Position numbers and translations under genes: made by a program. Below, piece by piece: positions 25,033 through 35,447 of a stretch of DNA of 64,000 nt (its first letter is position 1; every line of letters begins with the position of its first letter). Under the pieces are notes generated by a model. That model did not search any database. It was not told where the DNA came from and was given only the letters and a program-made list of their open reading frames with translations. Source of the stretch: Amoebophrya sp. A120 (lineage: Eukaryota > Protista > Dinoflagellata); assembly GCA_905178155.1 (NCBI GenBank), contig CAJINV010000002.1:7408743-7472742 (forward strand), given 5' to 3'.

Positions 25033-26819
25033 CTTTCAGGAGTAGGTGCGATTCAACTTACGACGTAGAAAAAATACTGAAAAGAACTTGCGTTTACTTA
25101 AGTCGCCGCTTCCCTCCGCGCGCTTGGCTACGCCACATGCGTGAGGAAAAAGGAAACTCAGCATCAAATATTTCAGCTGTGCTTATGGTTTTCGACATGA
25201 GAATCATGTGGTCCTTCTGCTCCTTCATCCGGTTGCGAGTACCGACAAGGCTACTCCTATTCGAACGAAAAGACACGGAGAAAAGGTGACAGAAGCGAAA
25301 GTTCCAATCCGCGACTACGAACAAATTGAAATGGTGCGATAACGAGTCGATTCACATTAACTTCATCACGATAACTTACGAATTCAAAATAGCACTTTGC
25401 CAATTTATCAAGCGAAGCGACAAAGCGACGGCCAGAAAGAGAAACGAGAACGACTCTCGGCGACACGATTATAATGTTTATTAATTCGCAGGCTTTGCCA
25501 TTGCCACAGATAAAAGCAATGCCGGTTTTGGAACACAAATGGAAATGACCGATATTCATATTTCTCCAAATTGACAGAAGTGCGTTGTACTCCCATCACC
25601 TACTACTTCTTTCTTTTTCCTGTATATAGCGTGTATTTCGTTATCGTTTTTTTTTTAGAATATTTCGATACTGCGCTTGATAATATACAGATTTGGCTCA
25701 AGCAAAATTTTGTTTATCGATATTGTACAGGTCTACCGATTCAATTTATTGTTTGATGTTGTCCATTTTGAAGGCATAATCAACGCAGCGCTGTGCATTG
25801 ATGTCGCTGTCTTTGTCGGTGGTATACAGTGTTTCGCTTTTTTTATTGGAGACTTTGGAACTCTGTCGTTCGCCATATCTGTGCCACTTACGCCTCAGAA
25901 ATTTCTCTTTTCTGTTTCGTTTTTGGTCTACGAATAGGGCGGAAATTTGTAGACTCATCTGTGATTTTACATGCTATTATATCTAGCCTCAAGTAGTCAA
26001 CGCTACGACCCTGTATATTTATTGTACACTCAAAGTGAACTAGTTTGGAATGCCGAGAGAGTTTGTGAAACAGAAATCAAATAGATGAATCCTAGCAGAA
26101 AAGACATAAAGTTAAAGACGACTGCAATATAATGAATATCCATAGTCAGTATTGGACGAAGCTTTGTCATACTTGCTATTTCAATTTCATCCTGCTATCA
26201 CTATTTCAAACCACAACGTCATTCTCGTTTCGATTGGATAAGCGTCGTCGGTTCTATCTTCCAAGAAGCTTTGATTTTGATTTCATTTTTGGATTTTTCA
26301 AACTTACGAAAATAGTTAAGTGCAACTTACGTCAACAGAAACTTGCAGCCTGTTTGTACTCGAAGTTAATTTTCTTACAGCAGATAATCAGAACGCTGGC
26401 AATTTCAAGAAAAGACCTATCGAAATAACAACCCCTAGATAAGATTGATCATTGTTGTTTGTTTACATATACACTTGAAAGAAAACGAAGCCTGTTGAAG
26501 CAGAAACCTGTGTAAAAATTATGCAAGGGATCCTGGTAATCGTAATGCTAATTCATTGCAAATCGAGAAAATGGTCGATGTAATACTTTTTCGTGAAACT
26601 GAATTTGCGTGCTATCGTTGCTGTTAGTGTAACTTTTCAAACGACACAATTCACAGATGTAGGTCTGTTTTGCTTTTATTTACTATTCACAATCCAAGAA
26701 ATCCGTTTGAGCTAGTGCCTCTGCATTGCCGAGGTGCTTCTGTACGCCCAGAAGGCTCGTGCCATAAATCAATGCAAGTGAGTGCGAGCATTCAAATTTA
26801 TCTCGAAGCAGTGCGATTT

Positions 26820-29800
26820 TCAACACGCCGCATTTTCCATCTCCCGTGGCGACCCTGGCGCCAAAGCCGCAGCGTCCCCACTTGCATTTTTCATCCCCAA
26901 GCCGGACGACGACGCAAAGGAATTCATCAAGGTCGTGGAGTTGTCGCCATTCGTTTTTGAGGACGGCATATCAAAAGGAAATATCCCCCCTCCCCATATC
27001 GAAACGAAACTTCTGATGCTGGATTTGCGTACGCAAATCGGGTCTGTCTTGCTGGAGAGGACTGCATGCATATGCCAAGCCTGAGTCGAGAGGTTTGGAC
27101 GTAGGCGACTAGCGTGACAGATGTCGGCTCTGTAAGCCCAACAGCATCACAAACCGCCTGCATGATGCGGCGGACTTTCTGGCTTTGTCTTCTTGCAAGC
27201 CAAATGTGATTTGTGACCTCAAATCAGCAACGCAAATTTTCGGAAGCATACCTTTTCAATATGGGGAGGGGGGATTTTGCCTCACAATACGGCAACGTCG
27301 GGGGGCGCATGGACTTGGCCTGTCCTTTGTAGCGCGACCCCGGCCGAAATTTGATGTCCGCCGGGACGATGCGGGAGAAGGCGGCCAATCCATCTGCGTC
27401 GGGGTAGGCCACAGTACCTGGTGGATTTGAACATGCTCTGTTTCGTATTTGATTGATGAAAGAAAGACTCGTATGACTCACGAACTAATTCTACACAAAT
27501 TGATAACTTTACTTCGTCTTTACGCAAGAGGTGGAGCTCCAACATTTTTGTCTTCATTCATGAGCCTGTTGAAAGCAAGTACCAACTCCCTCCGGCGGTT
27601 TCGAGTCAGAATCCGCCCCGTCGTTCGAAGCAGCGTCTTTGTCTTTACCAGCCTTTTCGCCACTCTCGGGCTGCGGCGCGTTCCCATTCGCCGGGAGACT
27701 GCTGGAGAGACAATCCGTCATAAGGGTCGGCGACACGTAGAAGTGCTCGGGCGACTGCTGCGCACTCGCGACAACATTGACACTCCTCGAGGGGGCCGGT
27801 GGAGTTGCGGACACTGTCGGCGGCTCCGCAACCGGCTGCGCCGCGCTATTGCTGCCGGTTTGGCCAGCTGCATCTGCGCGTCGCATCTCCGGGTAGAATC
27901 GGCGCCCGGTTTTCGCGGTGTCCATCACGGTCGATCGGTACTGCGTTCCAACTGTTGCAGGTGGGATCATCGATCCTGCGGGCACGGGGACAGTTGCGGT
28001 GCCCACACCCCGGGTCGCGGCCTGCGGCCCGAACACAAGCCTGGTTTGCGAAGCAGGCACACCAGGTGGAGGTGCAGCCACGGAAATCTTGCCTCCTGCG
28101 ACGTTTGTCTTAGGCGGTGCAGGCGCGCCAACTGAAGTGATCGAGACGTTCGGGAATCCGTTTCTCCCCAGCAGCTGCGTCCCACTACCAGCGGAAAACC
28201 GAGCCGGCGGTTGGAAGCCAATGGAAACAGTCCCCGCTCGCAACGGTGGCATCCGTGGTGGTTTCATCCCAGTAATCCGAGTTTTCAGACTGTTGCTCAA
28301 CGGCGCGGCTCGCAACAGGGTCGAGTCGACAAGGGGTTTCGGCGAATCCGGCGCGTGATAGGCCGGCGGAGGTTGTTGACCTGCGATTTGGGCAGTTTCG
28401 TTTTTCTCCACGTTTTCCTTTTCATGCTTCGCACTGGTATCGAAGCACCACGTCCTGTTGAGCGAATGGTCGGCCTCCGCGGTCGTGTCCGCGGCAATCG
28501 CTGGATTGAAGCAGTCGATTTCTTTCTCATTCAATTTCGTGCGGTCTTTCATCTCCACGTCGTTGTTATCCACCTGCGACTCAGCTTCGGCTTTCCCAAC
28601 AGTCTCTTCTTGCCCTTGCGCCTTTTCCTCCACATTCACGTCCTCCGGAGCAACCTCCACCGCTTCTGCTTCGCGAAACAACGTGGCCGCCGGAAAAGCG
28701 AAATTGACTTCCGCATGCCCTCGGGCGTAGACGTTTTGCATTTGTTTGTTCGCGTGATTCACGAAAAAAGCCGTGTTCGGCTGCAATCTCTCGGTGCGCG
28801 GCGCCACGGCCGGAGAGTCCTTCTCCAAAGGCTTGTTCTTCTGCGCCTCGCTACTCAAAATATTTTGTGCCTGCTCGTGCACCTTTTCCTGCAACTCGCG
28901 CGGGGTGTCCTGGTTCAAGAAAAAATTCGGGTTCGGCTTCTGTTCCGGGGAGACATTCGGTAGAAGGCCGGCCGGTGTCGTTTTCGAGGGCGGCTTTGGT
29001 GCGGTGGCGCTCGCTGGTCCAGTTCCAGCAGAACTGGCCTGCGCCTTACTGGTCCCGATGGCCGCTGGAGTTGCACTTGCTAGAGCAGGAACGCGCTCGA
29101 GTTCGTTGCACGACTTCTGGTCGTTGTTATCGATCACATTGTCCTGCAGTTCGTCTTGTTTGACGGCGCCCGGTGCCGGTGCATTTTCTCGTTTACTATC
29201 AGCTTGGTTTTCAGCAAGAGAAACCAACACGACAGGATCTTCGGCCTTGCCGCCGAGTACCACAGGATCTTCGGCCTTCCCGCCAGCTTTAACTTTGTTC
29301 GAGTGATTGCTGCTCGCAGAGTGGAATCCCGTGCCTCGAAAGTCAGCGCTCGCTCCCGTAGCCATGAACGTGAACGGATGCTCGACGACGTTGACGCTAG
29401 TTGCTGCTTTTTCATCCTGCCCACTGCCACCAAGATCAGGCTGGGCGTGCGACGCTGTCACAACAGTCTCGTCCTTCTTGTTATCGGTTTTGATTTCCAC
29501 ATTCACCGCCTGCTCCTTCACGGGCGGGTTCACCACCACGGATGGTGGACAGAGGTTTTGCTGCGACAAGTTCAACGGCGGCACAACCTCCGGTCGCTTG
29601 GGCGAAGCACCCGCAATGAAAGCCGCCGGGGGCTTCTTCGGCTTTTTCAAGCGGTCCCGAAAGTTTTGGACGACGTCTTCTTCGCACTGGTTCTTCCAGA
29701 AGTACCACTCCTCCATCAATGCGGCATCGTGGACGAAGATCGTGTTGTTTTTCGCATCTTGAATTAGGTCCCCGCTCCGCCACCGCAGACTCGCGTCCCA

Positions 29801-32537
29801 CCACGGAGGCTGGTAGTCGCGGTCTGCAAACGACGGCATCGGGTAAGAGGCGATGTCACGCTGAAGCCGCTCGACCCTGGTCTCGTTCCCCTTGGTATCG
29901 TTGCGCAAGGGAAAGGACGCCTTCACGGTTTCCGTAAACCGGGGCATTTCGCAGGGCCGCGGGCCAGCTCCGGGCGCGACGCTCTGGAACGTGACGTCGG
30001 GAAGAATGTTTCCGGCCAGCCCGTTCCTGTTGGTGCCGGAGATAAAGGCCTTCCAGCACTCGAAACGCTCGAACTCCTCGCAAACCATCGCTGCAAGCAC
30101 GGGTTTTTTACGGAGCTGCTCGGTATTCGGTTCAACTCCAGCGTTAGCTGCTGCAGCCGTCGCAGGAGGAGCTGCATCTGGAGCGTTCACCTGAGAGGAA
30201 ACGTTGCTGCCACGAAATGCCGCTCCCCCTGGTGACATGGCGTCCCGGTTACCAAAATGGCCAAACCGAACATGCTGGGGGGGTTCGATGCGCGGACTGC
30301 AGAAATCCAATTTCAATCCTTGCGGCGGCGAGAGGTGATTTGCATTGGTCCTCGCGCCGGGGACAGCAGCTGCTCCTGCTGCAACGGAGGCCGGACCCGG
30401 AACAGGCGAACTGCAGAAGTTCAAATTCAGAGGCGTGAGACCCATCGCTGCGGGCAAGGTCGGTTTCAGCTGGTTTCGTTCGTAAAACTTCTGATTTGCG
30501 ATTTCACCGAGGGAGTTTTTCACCTGATTCTCCCAATGCTGCGAATTTTCCTGCCAACTCTGGTAGCGCGGAGGCTGCGGGGACGAGAACCCGAACTGCG
30601 GAACTGATCCGCTCAACAGGGGACCCCCAGCAGCCTGATTGATGTAGTTCGGCATCGCCCCACGCCCGACGTGGTTGCCTGCATTCGGCTGCTGTTGAAT
30701 TGGCTGCGCACCGGTTCCCGCGGCGGCATCCGCTCCGTTGTCGATTTGCTGGTGCCCCTGGACATTCTGATTAACAACAGTGGCACCGGCACCGCTAACG
30801 ATGTTTTTCGCCTGCTTCGCATCTACATTTTCACCGACGCAGTCCTCATCGCCTACGCCTCCTGCAGCCGCCTTGTCCCGCTGCGCTTCGTAGAGCTTCT
30901 GCAGCTTCTGCGCGACCCTTTCCGCTCCCTTGGTGACGTCAGCGCCAACAAGTTTGCTTTTTGTTCCCATGCCGCCAGCGCCGACGAGACGCGCGAGAAA
31001 CTCCATTTCCTCCGCCGCTGCGTTGTCATACCTCTTGCTGTTTTCAGTTTCGTCGTTTATTCCGGTTCGTTCTTGTGCGGCAGTAGATGGTTTTTCTTCA
31101 ACTTCATCGCCTTTCGCCTGCTCTACTTCTTCTTTCTCCAGCGGCAACTTTATCATGTCCACATTACCCTCCTGATCCTCTTGATCCTTCTGTTCGTAGT
31201 CCTCCTTCAGGTAGCCAAAGTCATCATTTTCCTCCACCCCCGGGGTTCTTTCTCCCACCTCGCCATTGAACAGAAACGCTCCGTCCGGACTCAAAAACTC
31301 CTCGACCAGGGGCAGTTTCGGTTCCGGGGACCACACCGGACTCTGGTTCACGCCGACGACGGATCCCTTCTCATCGAGCTCCACGGAGTAGTACCGCTGT
31401 TTCAGAATTTGCGTCACCGGGTTTTCATCGATGTAGTTCCGATTTTCTTGTCCGATCATCATGCTGCCCTTGTCAAAACAATCATCCTCCGGCGGGGTGC
31501 TCACCGCTGATTGGACGTCGCAGACATTGTCCATGCGGTCTAGTACAACTTCAGCGGCGTTGCCCTCTGCGGCAACATCGTAAAGGTTTTGCTCATTCTC
31601 GCTATCCTCCTTTTCGTCCCCGACCTCGGAGCGGACCGTGAAAACCGAATCGATGTGCATGCTGCGATTCTGACTGTCGTACTCTTGTTCCAGCTCTTCG
31701 TGGTCTTCTTCAGCACCCGCATCAATGTACCCTTGAGCAGCTACCTGCGCATGCTCTTCCTGGGCGCCGGGCTCTTGACCTTGAGATTGGCTCTGCTGTG
31801 ACTGCAATTCGAACCAGCGCACCCGGCGCTCTTCCGTGATGGTCTTGGAATTCCGGATCGCCGCGACCTGCTTCTGTTCCTGCAGAGCTGCACCTTGGTC
31901 GTGCTTGTTGTTGTTACCAGCATCTGCGACAAGAAGGGGATCCTTCTCCGTTGCGACTGCACCGATTTCTGGCGCCGGGGCGAGAACAATTTCGGGCGTT
32001 TGGTACACAGAACTCGGAGGCTGCTGGGGTTGGATGATGCTGAACGACTGCATGCGGATTGGAGACCCGACCGGGGTAATCGCGCGCGGTCCGACACCAA
32101 AGCCGAAGTCGACGAACTGAGAGAGTAGTTTTCGATATCTTGTTTACGTTTAGGCAGGAAAGCAAAAGCAAAGTAACACGCAAGTGCATCACATCTGACA
32201 AGAAGTACTTCCACTCAAAAAATAAGGGACGAGTCCGAAGTTCTACCTTAAACCGGGTGTTTTCGTAGGGAGGCGGGCAGTAGAAATTGCGCTCGCGTTT
32301 CAGAATATCCATCTCCTTTCCGTTCAAAGGCTTGAACCGTTCCCCGGTGAGGGTGTTGATACTATACCCGTACACGCCCCCCAGCGTGTCTTTTTGCGTC
32401 GAATTGCTGACGTTACGCTGGTAAATCATCTGCATATCGTAGTGCAGCAGTAGGTTCGCCTCATCCAGCGTTTGGTGGTTCGCGTCCACGGAGCGGAGGA
32501 TCTCCATCTCCTCCTGTACGATGAAACCTCCCGGCAT
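26820..32537 (-). CDS. Large unknown protein, tandem family paralog C
   Basis: GT-AG introns 32117-32246 and 27418-27582, plus a 326-nt TIR intron at 26.97-27.29 kb; motifs NLLLHYDM..VYGYS..FKPLNGKEMDILKRER and PPWWD..DAALMEEWYFWK. Confidence 0.8.
26969..27289. mobile_element. Introner/MITE-like TIR element (321 bp), TSD CGGCA
   Basis: TAT...ATA ends; arms ATCCCCCCTCCCCATAT / ATATGGGGAGGGGGGAT; CGGCA at 26964-26968 and 27290-27294; removing 326 nt joins PPTLP-SSKTNG in frame. Confidence 0.88.
29225..29284 (-). repeat. 30-bp tandem duplication encoding GGKAEDPVVL twice
   Basis: ACAGGATCTTCGGCCTT repeated at 30-nt spacing within paralog C. Confidence 0.85.
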
Positions 32538-33779
32538 CTTGTCGTCCCAGGATGAGGATGACAATGACAATGAGGCGCCTGCTGGTTTATTGCGGACCAC
32601 GAGTAGAAGCCGTTTTGGAAACGCTGAAAAGTCTTTCAGGGTGAATGCCCCGGGTAAACGTTGTTTTTCTTCTTGTGGATTTTTTTTATTCGATGTTTTA
32701 GTTTTTCTACAAAGTACAGAAACAGAATTTGTCTTCCAATACTCCCGGAACTGAGCAGCCCCGAAGGGCCGTCTTCGCAGGAAGTACCGAGGCAGACACT
32801 TGCTTAAAAAAACCACAGACAACTCATCACAGATGAGCTACTGCTGCTCCAATGTGTGTTGAAGCACCGAATTATCAGACAGTTTGTTTGTCGGTACTGT
32901 TTTGAAGTTCGTACATGCAGGTGATTTTCGACACGAGAAATAACATCCGCACAAGTAAGTACAAAATCCGATCGAAAACGAATCGACAATGCTGCGCGCC
33001 GCACATGCTGGTGTGACCGCAACAAGGTTCCAGAACGACGAACTCGATTTTCGCGACGTTCTGATGCCTACGATTGTTATGCTTCACGATATACGAATCC
33101 GGATCGGAAGCTACAGAAAACGAAAAGCAAAAGGCGGAAATCAAAATCGACCGAGCAAGGTTCGAGACAATCACAGACCGAAACCACAAGACACGAATCT
33201 GGTCTGCTTGTATTTCCAAAAGTGAAAACGATACGACAGGGTCGATGATCTCGATTCGATGCCATGGTATCAACCGTCTGTAATGAACGTGTGTTCAGCG
33301 AATGTCTTGCAAGAAGAAAACAAGAAAACGACGTCCAGGCTGTGAATTCAAGAGTCCTGCTCCTGCGCTGTTCGCCAACTGGATATTAGAGTTAGACTAG
33401 AGGTTGTCTGCGCAGCCAAAGATTAAGATTAAGACTTGGTTTTCGTTTTGGATTGGAGCATTCCTGAAAATGTATCTACGACACTATACGTTGGTAGTGT
33501 TTGATCTTCATCTCTTCTATTTACAAGTAGACGGTGCGAGACAATACGCTGTTTGAGCTCTTCGTTGTGATTTACAAAAAACGCTCCGTGTCCCGAGCCT
33601 GACTGGAATCTATTTTCACTGTTCTGGAAGCTGAAGCACAAGCTCCAATTGCAGCAAAGAGTTCGATGCTTCATTTTTTCATCCTACTTACATCGAGAAG
33701 CGGCGCTTTACTCACTTCATTGCACGTAAGGGTACAGCTATGTGTGCCTGGAAGAACCGCTTCTTTTTTCTCAACTTCC

Positions 33780-34853
33780 TCAAAACGTGTTCAAAAAAGC
33801 CCACAAAAGCAGGTCGATGTTGCAATTCCGTATTTGCTTCAACGTTTGCGCTTCCTTCTGGTTGCAAAAAATGTCGATTTTCTGCAGCGTTTCTTCATCC
33901 AGACGCCACCGATTCTCGTGGTACCAGGTGAGATACGACGTGCTTCCGATAATTTGGCCGTGGGTGCTTCGGTGCAGACGCTCTGCAAGTGAAGGAGGCC
34001 GCAGATGATGTTGATGCAGTTGCTCACGGTATTCGCGTTGGTATCGCCTCCCGTCGCGAAGAGCGCGACGGCCATGCGCAGCTCGCCTCCGCTCCGCGCG
34101 CGTACTTCTGGAAGTCGGTGCCCAGAGGGTCCTAGGGCAGTGGCAGTCGTTCCCGTCGTCCATCTGCTGCGGAGGGTCATCTTCTACCTCCGTCGACGGT
34201 GCGCCGTCTGATGTCTTGATTTCTTCCAAATACTCAACAAACTGACGGTTCAGAACCGGACTGCGGCAGCCTGTACAGTAGGATGAACACGGCGACCCTT
34301 CGTCTGTGTTGACCTGCCGCTCTCGATGATGTTCGTGTGTACCACTGCAGTTGTCCACCTCTGCCCTAACTGTTGTAGTCGTGCGAGCAGAAGATCCAAA
34401 TCCGGCCTCCGTGTCATTCGCCTGCCTCTCCTCCTCCACGCAACTCTCGCAAAGTTCCCAACCGCACCCGAGCGCGCACTCAAACGGCCTCTCACCTACA
34501 CGACTCGTGAAGGTGCATCTGCAGACCGGGCAGTAGGGCGGCCACGCTGACACGTGGTCAAAAAGACAGGCAACGAACTGCACATTCAGCTCCGGCGGGT
34601 GTGAAGAATTCGCTCGGCAAAGAGCGCAGGAATGAATGCGGGGTCCACGACCTTGTCTCCGGTCGTTTGGTTGCAAAGCTCCGCCGGCGGCTGCAGCAGC
34701 GCCGTTGGCGAAGGCAAATTCGGTTCTTACGTCGAACTCGTTGTCATACAGCTCGTCACTGCAAACTCCGCAAACGCCGTGTCTGCACGCACGCCACCGA
34801 AGCGGACGCCGATAATGTGCGTCATAAGGCTCCCAACAAATCGGGCAATTCAT
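33780..34853 (-). CDS. Protein with two RING-like zinc fingers (putative E3 ligase)
   Basis: CPIC..CRH..CGVC..CALC, then CPVC..CGW..CESC..CTGC; followed by LNVQF and LNRQF respectively. Confidence 0.75.
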   Translation of the reverse strand: MNCPICWEPYDAHYRRPLRWRACRHGVCGVCSDELYDNEFDVRTEFAFANGAAAAAGGALQPNDRRQGRGPRIHSCALCRANSSHPPELNVQFVACLFDHVSAWPPYCPVCRCTFTSRVGERPFECALGCGWELCESCVEEERQANDTEAGFGSSARTTTTVRAEVDNCSGTHEHHRERQVNTDEGSPCSSYCTGCRSPVLNRQFVEYLEEIKTSDGAPSTEVEDDPPQQMDDGNDCHCPRTLWAPTSRSTRAERRRAAHGRRALRDGRRYQREYREQLHQHHLRPPSLAERLHRSTHGQIIGSTSYLTWYHENRWRLDEETLQKIDIFCNQKEAQTLKQIRNCNIDLLLWAFLNTF

Positions 34854-35447
34854 GTTCGTGACCGCGAGTCGTGTTTTAGATTTTTGTTTACGTACTATTG
34901 TTCTCTCTCATTCTTGTTGCAACGTGACCGCAATATGTCAGAAATTGTCTTGCCCGAAGCTTTCCAAACACTAACAAAGACAGGCGCACGTCGAGCAAAG
35001 AAAACTTCGACGCAACAGTTGTTCAGTATTATTTCGATTCAATACACAGAGTCCAGAATAAACTCACTCTGAAGGCGACCGCGACTTGACGCGACATCGA
35101 ATCGATTGCGCATTTCGATTTACGAAGCTGCGTCGAAGTTCAAATATTATAGACCAGAAACACGTAACACTTTCTACTGACGGTGAGTATGCAATCGAGT
35201 GATCAGTGTTTGATGGCGATAATCACGATAAACCGAACGACCACGACGACCACGATTATTTCGAGAAGATGGCCAAATCACAACGACGAGCACGCTTGAG
35301 GAGATGAAGGTATTCACGTAAGAAGAAAAAAAGAGTCACACATGATCAGGTTAATCGAACCTGCTTGGATAAAGTTGCGATTTCTTTCGAGGACCTCAAT
35401 GACATCCTCAGTATGCTGCAGCATTCTTTCTTGAATTCATGAGGAAA

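Noticed and set aside
25692-25702. TTTGGCTCAAG, matching the 3' half of the dinoflagellate spliced leader
   Set aside because: Only 11 nt, upstream bases do not match, and no plus-strand gene or GT donor follows; chance cannot be excluded
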